A stretch of 64,000 nt of DNA, taken from NCBI GenBank assembly GCA_903891325.1, contig CAITEC010000029.1, positions 539 to 64,538 on the forward strand. Direction: 5' to 3'. Of the stretch, positions 1 through 8,623 are shown in pieces. Origin of the DNA: an uncultured Opitutaceae bacterium. GTDB lineage: Bacteria > Verrucomicrobiota > Verrucomicrobiia > Opitutales > Opitutaceae. The notes below the pieces were generated by a model. It made no database searches. It saw only the letters and a program-made list of their open reading frames with translations, and was not told the origin of the DNA. Position numbers and translations under genes: made by a program. Numbering within the stretch: the stretch's first letter is position 1; every line of letters starts with the position of its first letter.

Positions 1-2
1 AT

Positions 3-443
3 TTGGATAAGGTTCTTTCACTTTATCGGGAACTCTACCTGAAGGAGCGCCCGTCCTCTAACGTTATCGACCAGGAAGATGACGAAGTTCTTTATGAGGA
101 CAGAACAAAAATACGGATACACAAACGTATCGAAAGAAACCAAAAACTTTCAAGGAAAGTGAAAGCTCTCAAGGGTCTCAAATGCGAAATCTGTGGTTTT
201 ACATACTCGGATAAATACCTCGGTCTCAAAAGTGATTACATCGAAGCTCATCATCTCGTTCCATTTTCAAAACTAGAGCAAAAGGTCGTTTCATTAGACC
301 CCCAAGGTGACTTCGCGGTTTTGTGCGCGGACTGCCATCGTATGATTCACCGTTCAGAGTTTATCAGTGACATCAACGGGTTCAAAGAAAACCACCTTCG
401 TCCTGGGTGGGGTCCAAGAATTCTCAACCAACCAACGTCGTGA
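3..443 (+). CDS. HNH endonuclease domain protein (5' end outside window)
   Basis: Frame open to window edge; HNH/zinc-ribbon pattern KCEICGF ... EAHHLVPF ... CADCHRMIH; segment visibly AT-richer than the rest of the window. Confidence 0.8.
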   Translation: MDKVLSLYRELYLKERPSSNVIDQEDDEVLYEDRTKIRIHKRIERNQKLSRKVKALKGLKCEICGFTYSDKYLGLKSDYIEAHHLVPFSKLEQKVVSLDPQGDFAVLCADCHRMIHRSEFISDINGFKENHLRPGWGPRILNQPTS

Positions 444-742
444 CCTTCGAAGATTGGCTGATGCGAGAATTTAGGCAACACCTTACGGATTACGGTATCC
501 TGTTAATCTCTACCGTAGGTATCGTGAGCAAGATCACTGTGATTTCTGCTCCTGATAATCGTTACACGTGCACGCTTTTTTTCCGGCTTCCTTACGTTCA
601 GGACAAGCTTCTGAAGGCAAAGGTAATTGGAGCCAAGAAAACGGCGAAAGGCGCGAGATTTACCGTACAAGACGGTAAAGACACGATCACCGCAGAACTG
701 CATCTACCCGTCATGAAACGGCGACGGCGGCAGATGTCCTAG
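440..742 (+). CDS. hypothetical protein, island-borne, no recognisable family
   Basis: ORF in the same AT-rich segment; candidate GTG at 440 overlaps the HNH stop (GTGA), alternative ATG at 461; followed by stem-loops at 763-790 and 803-821. Confidence 0.45.
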   Translation: MTFEDWLMREFRQHLTDYGILLISTVGIVSKITVISAPDNRYTCTLFFRLPYVQDKLLKAKVIGAKKTAKGARFTVQDGKDTITAELHLPVMKRRRRQMS

Positions 743-762
743 CGCCGAATCCTAAAAAGCAA

Positions 763-790
763 AACACCGAGGAGATAAATCCTCGGTGTT
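763..790 (-). terminator. stem-loop, intrinsic-terminator-like (U-tract only when read on the minus strand)
   Basis: aacaccgagg (763-772) pairs with cctcggtgtt (781-790), 8-nt loop; aaaaagcaaa immediately 5' on plus strand equals a T-rich tail 3' of the hairpin on the minus strand. Confidence 0.4.
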
Positions 791-857
791 CGCATACCGC
801 ACCCGACTCGGCAAGAGTCGGTGACCGCGGTCGGCAGCTCAAAGCTACGTGTTATAG

Positions 858-1325
858 GAAACCTACTTCGTCGGCGAAAAGTGGCCCGAGCTGGCGATCG
901 AGGCCCGGCGGAACCAGGCGGACCCGCTTACCCAGGAGGTCTTTGACTCGATCCGCGACGCGGTGAACGACTCGTCCGACGGGACGATCGGCCGCGGCGC
1001 CCGCTACTATGTCCTCCTTTCCGCGCTCGACGGGCCGGCATTTCTCCGCCACCAGGCCGTCCTGCTCTGGCGCACCCACGTATCCACGGAATACTGGGGC
1101 CGCTACATCGACGAGGTCCTGCCGACGCTCATCGACACGGCTGCGCTCACGGCGGGCCGCGAAACGGAGCAGCTCCAGGTGATCACCGCGCCGCTTGCCG
1201 GCTGGCATTCGCTCAAAAGCGCAAAGTCCGAGTTGACGCAGGCCCGTCCGATTCGCGGGCCCGCGGAGACCGTTGTCGGCGGGACTCTATTGTCGTTGAG
1301 CCGCCCCGGATTGGCGGCAAAGTGA
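858..1325 (+). pseudogene. 5'-truncated paralogue of the downstream secreted-protein gene (1322-2182)
   Basis: Frame is open from the TAG at 855-857 but the first ATG/GTG/TTG is at 963. RYYVLLSALDGPAFLRHQAVLLWRTHVS...IDEVLPTLIDTAA aligns with RYYVMISALDFAEFMKKHPVVLWTARVS...LDEVLPALINAAG of the neighbour. The N-terminal ~150 aa and signal peptide are missing. The break coincides with the GC shift at about 800-860. Confidence 0.5.
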
Positions 1326-2182
1326 TCCGGATGAAGCCACCCCTGTTTCGCCTCTGCTTCCTCGTCGCGGCCCTCTTCCCCGCCCGCGCGCATGCCGAGG
1401 AGGCGCCGGCCGACCTGGCGATCGACGTTGTCGTGGACATGACTGACGCCGGCCAAAAGGTCTCCCGGCCGGAACCGGGCCGGCCCGTCTTTTACTACCC
1501 CGTTTCGAAGGGATACACCCAGGGGGGGGAGGTGCTGCAGGGCGAGAACACGCCGCCGCCGCCGCCAAAGGTCGAGCGAATGATCGCCCTCGCCCTCCAG
1601 AAGGAGGGTTACCTGTACTGCGGCAAAACGCATGCGCCCTCGCTGCTGCTCATGCTCTGGTGGGGCTACAAGGCGCCGGTGATCATGGACAACGCCGGCA
1701 ATATCCAGTCCCCGTCGCTCGGCGGCGGGCCGACCGGCGGCCAGGCGGCGATCAACGCGGCCTTTCGCACGGGCGAGATGCCGACGGAGTCGATGATGAA
1801 CAAGGTCGAGATGGAGGAGCTCGTCTTCGGGAGCGACTATGAGCCGGAATCCTACCGCAATCTCCGGTCCCTGCGCCTTGAGCGGCTTGTCGAAGCATCG
1901 CGGGTCCCGCGCTACTACGTGATGATATCCGCCCTGGACTTCGCGGAGTTCATGAAGAAGCACCCGGTCGTGCTGTGGACCGCCCGGGTGAGCGTCGCCC
2001 GCGAGGGGCACACGCTCGACGAGGTGCTGCCCGCCCTGATCAATGCCGCGGGCCCGATGTTGGGCAGGAAAACCAGGGTCCCGCAATGGTCGGACGGGAC
2101 CACCGTCCCGAGAGGGCATGTCGAGGCCGGCACGCCGGTCATGAAGGCGGGCGCGCCCGGCCAAAGGGAAGCGCAGCCCTAA
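1322..2182 (+). CDS. secreted hypothetical protein (signal peptide; unknown family)
   Basis: N-terminus MKPPLFRLCFLVAALFPARAHA-EE (ATG at 1331 is an alternative start); GC3-rich coding frame; 1-nt gap to the ECF sigma gene. Confidence 0.75.
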   Translation: MIRMKPPLFRLCFLVAALFPARAHAEEAPADLAIDVVVDMTDAGQKVSRPEPGRPVFYYPVSKGYTQGGEVLQGENTPPPPPKVERMIALALQKEGYLYCGKTHAPSLLLMLWWGYKAPVIMDNAGNIQSPSLGGGPTGGQAAINAAFRTGEMPTESMMNKVEMEELVFGSDYEPESYRNLRSLRLERLVEASRVPRYYVMISALDFAEFMKKHPVVLWTARVSVAREGHTLDEVLPALINAAGPMLGRKTRVPQWSDGTTVPRGHVEAGTPVMKAGAPGQREAQP

Positions 2183-2183
2183 G

Positions 2184-2726
2184 GTGGACTCCGGCGAAAC
2201 AGACGAGGCGCGGTGGTTCGCCCGCGAGGTCCAGCCGCACGAGGCGATGCTCCGCGCCTGGCTCCGGTCCCGGTTTTCCAACGAGGGCGACCTTGACGAC
2301 CTGGTCCAGGACGCATTTGTCCGGGTGCTGTGCGCGCGAGCCAGCGGAACGATCCGGTCCCCCAAGGCCTTCCTCTTTGCGACGGCGCGGAACCTGGCGC
2401 TTGACCGCCTGCGCCATCGCCGCGTGACCGGGGGGGATTCCCTGGCGGACTTCGACGTGCTTGCCCTGGTCGACGAAACCGGGGACGTTCCCGAGGCAGT
2501 CTCCCGATCCGAGGAGATCGAGCTTCTGGCCCGCGCCATCCAGTCCCTGCCCACCCGCTGCCGGCAGGTCCTCACCCTGCGAAAGATATACGGTCTGCCC
2601 CAGAAGGAGATCGCCGCGCGGCTGGGCATCGCCGAGCACACGGTCGAGTCCCAGGGCGCGATCGGCCTTCGCAAGTGCACGGAGTTTTTTGCCCGGCATA
2701 GCCGCTCCCGAATTTCCCACCCATGA
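2184..2726 (+). CDS. ECF-type RNA polymerase sigma-70 family factor (FecI-like)
   Basis: Region 2 LVQDAFVRVL ... FLFATARNLALDRLRHRR and region 4 HTH CRQVLTLRKIYGLPQKEIAARLGIAEHTVESQ. Confidence 0.9.
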   Translation: MDSGETDEARWFAREVQPHEAMLRAWLRSRFSNEGDLDDLVQDAFVRVLCARASGTIRSPKAFLFATARNLALDRLRHRRVTGGDSLADFDVLALVDETGDVPEAVSRSEEIELLARAIQSLPTRCRQVLTLRKIYGLPQKEIAARLGIAEHTVESQGAIGLRKCTEFFARHSRSRISHP

Positions 2727-3757
2727 ACCCCGCCCGCCAAGATTCCCCAATACCGGAGGCCGCCGATGTCACCGCGGCCGGATGGGTCATGCGCGTCGAC
2801 CGCGGCCTCACGGCTTCGGAGCAGGACGACTACCTCCGCTGGATTTCAGGGGATCCCCTGAACCGGGAAGCCTTCGCCCGGCAGATGGCCGCCTGGCGCC
2901 GGCTCGACGCGGTGGCCGCGTGGATGCCCGAGCACGGCGCGGAGGCCAATCCCGACCTCCTGGCGCCGCCCCGCCGCCGTCGGATCGCGCGAGCCTTTCC
3001 GCTTGTGCTGGCCTGCGCGGCGGCCCTGGCGGTCGGGCTCTTCATTGCGCGACAGGGGCGGACCCCGGCGGCGGCCGATGCGCCACGGCCGTCACAGCCC
3101 CCGCCGGCGGCGGCCGATTTCCAGCTTCGGACCCTCCCCGACGGATCGGTGATCGAGCTTAACCGCGGCGCCGAGGTCGCGGTTGCCTATTCGCCGGGCG
3201 AGCGGGATGTGACGCTCCTGCGGGGTGAGGCGCATTTCACGGTCGCCAAGAATGCGGCCCGCCCCTTCGTGGTCCGCGCGGCTGGCGTCGCGGTCCGGGC
3301 CGTTGGCACGGCGTTCGACGTCAGGCTTTCCGGCGGCGCCGTGGACGTTCTCGTGACTGAGGGCAGGGTCCGGGTGACATCGGGCCAGGCGGGCCCCGGG
3401 CGCGCCATCCCGGGGATCGCGGTCGGCGCGGGCGAGCGGGCGTCATTTTCCGCGGCGTCGGCCAGCCGGCCGGCGATCGCCGCCCCGGTGCCGCCCGGGC
3501 AGATCGACACCTACCTGGCGTGGCGCGTGGAGAGGCTCGACTGCACCGGCCGCCCCCTGCCCGAGATCGTGGAGCGCTTCAACCGGCATAACCGCATCCA
3601 GATGAAGGTCGCCGATCCCCGGGCCGCCGCGACCCGGCTCGACCTTCTCGGTTTCCGGACCAGCGACGTCGAGGCGTTTGTCGACCTTCTTCAGTCCGGG
3701 TACGGCGTGCGCGCGGCGCGCTCCGGGGACACCATCCTGCTGAGCGGCTCGCGCTAG
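2723..3757 (+). CDS. FecR-family anti-sigma factor / transmembrane sensor
   Basis: ATGA overlap with the sigma gene; central TM helix AFPLVLACAAALAVGLFIA; FecR core TLPDGSVIELNRGAEVAV ... LLRGEAHFTVAKNAARPFVVRAAGVAVRAVGTAFDV. Confidence 0.9.
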   Translation: MNPARQDSPIPEAADVTAAGWVMRVDRGLTASEQDDYLRWISGDPLNREAFARQMAAWRRLDAVAAWMPEHGAEANPDLLAPPRRRRIARAFPLVLACAAALAVGLFIARQGRTPAAADAPRPSQPPPAAADFQLRTLPDGSVIELNRGAEVAVAYSPGERDVTLLRGEAHFTVAKNAARPFVVRAAGVAVRAVGTAFDVRLSGGAVDVLVTEGRVRVTSGQAGPGRAIPGIAVGAGERASFSAASASRPAIAAPVPPGQIDTYLAWRVERLDCTGRPLPEIVERFNRHNRIQMKVADPRAAATRLDLLGFRTSDVEAFVDLLQSGYGVRAARSGDTILLSGSR

Positions 3758-3777
3758 GTTCCGGGGCGCGCTCGACC

Positions 3778-5802
3778 ATGGCCCGGCCCCCTATTCGCCG
3801 CCGCGCGATTTGCGCCGTCGCCGCCGCATTCCTGGTCGCGTGCGCCGCCCGCGCGGTCGACGACTCCCCGCGCCGCTTCGCGATTCCCGCGGGCGACGCG
3901 GCCGAGGCCCTCCGGGAGTTTGTCCGGCAGTCCGGCGGGGAGATCATGTTCCTGTCCGGCTCGCTGCAGGGCCTTGCGACCGCTGCGGTGAATGGCGAGT
4001 TCACCCCGCCGGAGGCCATCAGGCGGCTCATTGCGGGCGACGCGCTTGCGGTGAGGCGGGACCCGAGGACGGGGGCGTTTGCAATCACCCGGGTGGAGGC
4101 CGACCGCATCGTCCGGCTTCCGCCCTATCTCGTGGAGGGGAACCGCGACACCCGGCGCTGGAAGTATGCGGCGATACCCGGCTTCGAGGCCCTGTCCTGC
4201 TGCAGCACGAAGGACACGGAGGACGTGATGGGCGAGGTCCATCGCGAGCAGGCATGGTTCGACCAGATCGTCCCGCCGGGCCTGCAGGGGATGGGATCGG
4301 TGCCCACGCGGTTGATCCTGTTCAGCGACGACGCAAAAAAGACAATCTCCGAGAATGTCTCGAGCCTGGCCGGGGAGTACGACAGCCGCCTGCGGCTGAA
4401 GCTGGCGGAGGCCGGGCTGCAGATTCCCCATGTGACCAAGGGCCTCATACCGCAGGTCAAATTGTGGGACGAGGACTCCACGGCCGTTGACATGGTGCTT
4501 CGGTACCTGGGCGCCGATTCCCGGCGCAACCTGTCGTTTCAGCTCGATTACGTTCTCTTCCTCCTGGCCCGCCGGGCGCCGCCGCTGCCTTCCTGGTACA
4601 TCGAGGGAGTGCTCCGGCTCTACCAGTCCCGCGGCGCGGGACCCCGGGCGGGCCCATCCGGGACGGTGGTTCCCGTCATGGTCGGCCTGCGGGGGGGAAT
4701 GAGCGTGGAATTCGGGCCGGGCGCCGGCTCCCTGTCGCCGCAACGGCAGGTTTTCCTGCCGGTCACCTGGGTGGCGCCCGGGGTGACGGACCTGATCCGG
4801 GAGGATCCGTCGCTGGCCGGGCGCGTGGCCCCGCTGCGCGACCTGCTCGCCGGGCCGCCGCCCGCGGCCCGCGCGCCGGGGACTCCGGGAGAAGTCCGCG
4901 CGGAGGAGCCGTCGCCGGACCAGGCCCGCGGGATCCTGGCGCAGGGGGCCGGGAAGGACTCGCCCTGGCGACGGGACCTTTGGGCGTCGGAGGCCCTCCT
5001 CTTCGTGCGCTGGGCCCTGGACGACCCGAGCTTCGAGCGCCGCCATGCCCTTTGGAAGCTGGTCGCCCGCGCGGGGAGCGGTCCGGTCGACGAGGCGATG
5101 TTTCGGGACTGCTTCGGGATGGGGTTTGACGAGGCCGATGCGCAGCTCGCCGGCTACCTGGGTGACGCCGTGGCCCGGCGCTTCGTCCTCATCCCCGAGA
5201 GCCCCGTTGACTACCCCTTCATCGACGTCGAGGGCGCGACCGAGGCCCAGTCCTCGCGGGTCCTGGGCGACTGGGAGAGGATGGAGTACGAGTTTGTCAG
5301 GGAGTCCCATCCGGAATTTGCCGCGGCCTACGCGCGACAGGCCGCCCGCACCTTCCAGGATGCCTATGACGACGGTGTGCGGGACCCGGAATTCCTGGCC
5401 GCATTCGGGATCTATGAATGCACGGTCGGCGACGATGCCCGGGCGGCCGGGTACCTGGAGGCTGCCGTCCATGCGGGCGCGGCCCGGCCGCGGGCCTTCG
5501 TGGAGCTCGCGCGGATCCGCTACGGGGAGGCTATCGCCAATCCAGCCGGCCCGGGGCGCTGGCTTGGCGCCGCCCAGGTCGCCTCGGTCCTCGGGCTGAT
5601 CCGGGCTGCCGGGACGCTCGAACCCCGCCAGCTTGCCGGCTACGCAGCGGCCGCCGATGTGCTTGCGCACGCCGCAGCCCCGTCGGCCGGCGACCTCGGG
5701 ATCCTGGACGAGGGGGTCCGCTGCTTCCCCTATGATTCCCGGCTGGCCCTTGAAAGGGACCGGCTCAGGGCGAGGCTGGGGGCGCGGGGACCTGAAAAAT
5801 GA
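3778..5802 (+). CDS. STN (secretin/TonB N-terminal) domain protein with a non-receptor C-terminal region
   Basis: Signal peptide, then STN-like FAIPAGDAAEALREFVRQSGGEIMFLSGSLQGLATAAVNGEFTPPEAIRRLIAGDALAV; the remaining ~570 aa show no plug/barrel hallmarks and no terminal aromatic residue; helical-repeat-like C-terminus. Confidence 0.8.
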   Translation: MARPPIRRRAICAVAAAFLVACAARAVDDSPRRFAIPAGDAAEALREFVRQSGGEIMFLSGSLQGLATAAVNGEFTPPEAIRRLIAGDALAVRRDPRTGAFAITRVEADRIVRLPPYLVEGNRDTRRWKYAAIPGFEALSCCSTKDTEDVMGEVHREQAWFDQIVPPGLQGMGSVPTRLILFSDDAKKTISENVSSLAGEYDSRLRLKLAEAGLQIPHVTKGLIPQVKLWDEDSTAVDMVLRYLGADSRRNLSFQLDYVLFLLARRAPPLPSWYIEGVLRLYQSRGAGPRAGPSGTVVPVMVGLRGGMSVEFGPGAGSLSPQRQVFLPVTWVAPGVTDLIREDPSLAGRVAPLRDLLAGPPPAARAPGTPGEVRAEEPSPDQARGILAQGAGKDSPWRRDLWASEALLFVRWALDDPSFERRHALWKLVARAGSGPVDEAMFRDCFGMGFDEADAQLAGYLGDAVARRFVLIPESPVDYPFIDVEGATEAQSSRVLGDWERMEYEFVRESHPEFAAAYARQAARTFQDAYDDGVRDPEFLAAFGIYECTVGDDARAAGYLEAAVHAGAARPRAFVELARIRYGEAIANPAGPGRWLGAAQVASVLGLIRAAGTLEPRQLAGYAAAADVLAHAAAPSAGDLGILDEGVRCFPYDSRLALERDRLRARLGARGPEK

Positions 5803-5824
5803 CTTTGCGGTAAAGCGCGCCGCT

Positions 5825-6664
5825 ATGCTACAGTGGGTGATGCTCGCTGAATCCCCCCAAACGCTGGACGGAGGCGTCCAGGCAGAATTTTTCCGCCGCG
5901 AGGGCTATTTTCTCGCCCGCGGCCTGTTCAGCTCCGCGGAGGTCGCGGAGATCCGGGCGATATTCGACCGGGTTCACGCCGAGGGGGTCCCGGGCCACTA
6001 TGAGCTCGAGAAGGTCCACGACGGCGTGGCGAATCCGGGCGATCCCCTTTACCAGTATCCCCGGGTGATGCAGCCGCACCGGTTCAATGGCAGGATCCGT
6101 GATTTTGTCATCCACCCCGGCGTGATCGCGACCCTCCGCGCGCTCTTCGGCGGGGAACCGGCCGCCGCGCAGAGCATGTTCTACTTCAAGCCCCCCGGCG
6201 CGCGCGGCCAGGCGCTCCACCAGGACCAGTTCTACCTGATGGTCGAGCCGGGCACCTGCATCGCGGCCTGGACGGCGATCGACGACTGCGACCTGGACAA
6301 CGGGGCGATGATGGTGGTGCCGCGGACCAACGAGACGGCCGTCATCTGCCCGCAGACCGCCGACAGCTCCGTGAGCTACACCTCCCACTTCGTGCCGGTC
6401 CCCGAGGGCCGGAAGGCAGAGATGGTCCGGATGAAGGCGGGCGACACGCTCTTCTTCAATGGCAACCTGATCCACGGCTCCGGGCCCAACCGGTCCAAGG
6501 AGCGGTTTCGCCGCTCTTTCATCGCCCACTATGTGCCGGCGACCACGCGGAAGCTCTCCCAGTTTTACATGCCCCTGGTGACGCCCGACGGGACGGAGTT
6601 TGCGACCGCCATCCAGGCCGGCGGCGGCCCCTGCGGCGAGGGCTGGGCCGGAGCCCAGCACTAA
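5825..6664 (+). CDS. phytanoyl-CoA dioxygenase (PhyH) family Fe(II)/2OG oxygenase
   Basis: ALHQDQFY (HxD) and GNLIHGSGPNRS (distal His); start set at the first ATG after the upstream stop (track ORF is 5'-extended). Confidence 0.85.
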   Translation: MLQWVMLAESPQTLDGGVQAEFFRREGYFLARGLFSSAEVAEIRAIFDRVHAEGVPGHYELEKVHDGVANPGDPLYQYPRVMQPHRFNGRIRDFVIHPGVIATLRALFGGEPAAAQSMFYFKPPGARGQALHQDQFYLMVEPGTCIAAWTAIDDCDLDNGAMMVVPRTNETAVICPQTADSSVSYTSHFVPVPEGRKAEMVRMKAGDTLFFNGNLIHGSGPNRSKERFRRSFIAHYVPATTRKLSQFYMPLVTPDGTEFATAIQAGGGPCGEGWAGAQH

Positions 6665-6672
6665 GGGCGATT

Positions 6673-8559
6673 TTGAAACGCGCGCGCGAGAACCTGGCGA
6701 GGGCTTCGCTCGTCGCCTGCGCCACGCTGGTCGCCTACCTTCCCGCGCTGAACGGCGGGTTCATCTGGGACGATGATTTCCATGTGACCGGCGGGTCGCT
6801 TCGCTCCCTGCACGGGCTCCGGCGGATATGGACCAGCGTGGGCGCGACGCCCCAGTATTACCCGCTTCTCCACTCGGCCTTCTGGCTTGAGCACCGGCTC
6901 TGGGGCGACTCGGTCCTTGGCTACCACCTGCTGAACGTGGCCCTCCATGCGACGGCGGCCTGCCTGTTCGGGGCCGTCCTCAGGTTGCTCCTCGAGCGGC
7001 CGGCCGGGTCCCCGGCGCGGTTTTTCGACGGCCCCCTGGTCGGCGCCCTGCTGTTCGCGCTCCACCCGGTCTGTGTTGAGTCGGTCGCCTGGATATCCGA
7101 GCAGAAGAACACGCTCTCGGCGGTGTTCTACCTCCTTGCCGCACTGGGCTACCTGAAATGGGCGTCCGGCGGGCGCGGGGCGCCCGTCCGGTACCTGCTG
7201 GCGACGCTCTTCTTTGCGGCGGCACTCCTGACAAAGAGCGTGACCGCCACGCTTCCCGCCGCCCTCCTTGTCATCGCCTGGTGGAAGGGCGGCAGGCTTT
7301 CCCTGCGGAGGGATGTCGCGCCCCTGGTCCCCTGGCTGGCGGTGGGAGCGGCCGCCGGGTTCTTCACGGCCTGGGTCGAGCGAACCTCGATCGGGGCGAC
7401 GGGCGCGGGGTTCAGCCTGGGCGTGATCGAGCGCTGCCTGCTCGCGGGCCGCGTGGCCTGCTTCTATGCCGGCAAGCTGCTCTGGCCCGCGGGGCTCACG
7501 TTCATCTACCCGCGCTGGGTCGTCGACGCGTCCGCGGGCTGGCAGTATCTTTTCCCCCTTGCCGCCCTCGCGCTCCTGGCTGCCGCGGCCCTGGCCTTCC
7601 GGCGGAACCGCGGGGTGCTCGCCGGGCTCCTGGTCTTTGTCGGGACGCTCCTGCCCGTCCTCGGCTTCCTGAACGTGTATCCCTTCAGGTACTCCTATGT
7701 GGCGGACCATTTCCAGTACCTTGCCTGCATGGGGCTGATCGGGCTCGCCGCCGGCGTGTGGGAGGCCCGCGCCCTCCCGCGCGCGCTTCCGCTCGCCCTG
7801 GCCTGCGTCCTGGGCCTGCTCACATGGAGGCAATGCGGCATGTACCGGGACGCGGGGACGCTCTACAGCGAGACGATCGCCCGGAATCCGGACTGCTGGA
7901 TGGCCTATAACAACCGGGGAAACCTCCTGCTCGGCCAGGGGCGCAATGCCGAGGCCATCTCCGACTACGAGGCCGCGCTCGGGCTGAAGGGCGACGACCC
8001 GATCCCGCACAACAACCTGGGGCTTGCGCTCGCGGCCTCCCACCGGCTCCCGGAGGCGATCGCCGCCTTCCAGGACGCGCTCCGTCTGAAGCCCGACTAC
8101 CCTGAGGCCCGTGTCAATCTCGCGGCGGCCCTGCGCCGGTCCGGCGACATTCCCGGGTCCATCGCCCAATGCGAGGAGGCGCTGCGCCTCCTGCCCGGTT
8201 ATCCGGAGGCGCGGGCCGACCTCGCGCGGGCCCTTGCCGCCGAGGGGCGGCTTCCCGAGGCCATCGCGGCATTCGAGACGGCCATCGGCCTGGAGCCCGC
8301 CAATCCGGAGTTCCATGCCGACCTGGGGACGGCGCTCTCACGATCCGGCCGGCTTCCGGCGGCCATTTCCCAGTATGAGGAGGCCCTGCGCCTGAACCCG
8401 GGATACGCGGAGGTTTGCAACAACCTGGGAGTCGCGCTTGCGCAGGCCGGCCGCCTTTCGGAGGCGGAAGTCCGCCTCGAGCAGGCGGTACGGCTCAAGC
8501 CGGGCTATTCCGACGCCAGCGAAAACCTGGCGCTTGTCCGCCGGGCCCTCGGCCGTTGA
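6673..8559 (+). CDS. TMTC-like membrane protein: multi-TM glycosyltransferase-like N-domain plus C-terminal TPR repeats
   Basis: N-terminal FIWDDDFHVT, HPVCVESVAWISEQKNTLS and many hydrophobic helices; the C-terminal half is a run of 34-aa TPR units (AYNNRGNLLLGQGRNAEAISDYEAALGLKGD ...). Confidence 0.75.
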   Translation: MKRARENLARASLVACATLVAYLPALNGGFIWDDDFHVTGGSLRSLHGLRRIWTSVGATPQYYPLLHSAFWLEHRLWGDSVLGYHLLNVALHATAACLFGAVLRLLLERPAGSPARFFDGPLVGALLFALHPVCVESVAWISEQKNTLSAVFYLLAALGYLKWASGGRGAPVRYLLATLFFAAALLTKSVTATLPAALLVIAWWKGGRLSLRRDVAPLVPWLAVGAAAGFFTAWVERTSIGATGAGFSLGVIERCLLAGRVACFYAGKLLWPAGLTFIYPRWVVDASAGWQYLFPLAALALLAAAALAFRRNRGVLAGLLVFVGTLLPVLGFLNVYPFRYSYVADHFQYLACMGLIGLAAGVWEARALPRALPLALACVLGLLTWRQCGMYRDAGTLYSETIARNPDCWMAYNNRGNLLLGQGRNAEAISDYEAALGLKGDDPIPHNNLGLALAASHRLPEAIAAFQDALRLKPDYPEARVNLAAALRRSGDIPGSIAQCEEALRLLPGYPEARADLARALAAEGRLPEAIAAFETAIGLEPANPEFHADLGTALSRSGRLPAAISQYEEALRLNPGYAEVCNNLGVALAQAGRLSEAEVRLEQAVRLKPGYSDASENLALVRRALGR

Positions 8560-8623
8560 TCGGCCGGCCACTTCCTTCTTTCCACGTTCCCAGTTACCAA
8601 TCACCGTCCTGACAGACTTTCCC

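Noticed and set aside
3778-5802. Calling the STN protein a TonB-dependent receptor
   Set aside because: Beyond the STN domain I could not find a TonB box/plug, alternating beta-strand patterns or a C-terminal aromatic residue. It is kept as an STN-domain protein of unknown type.
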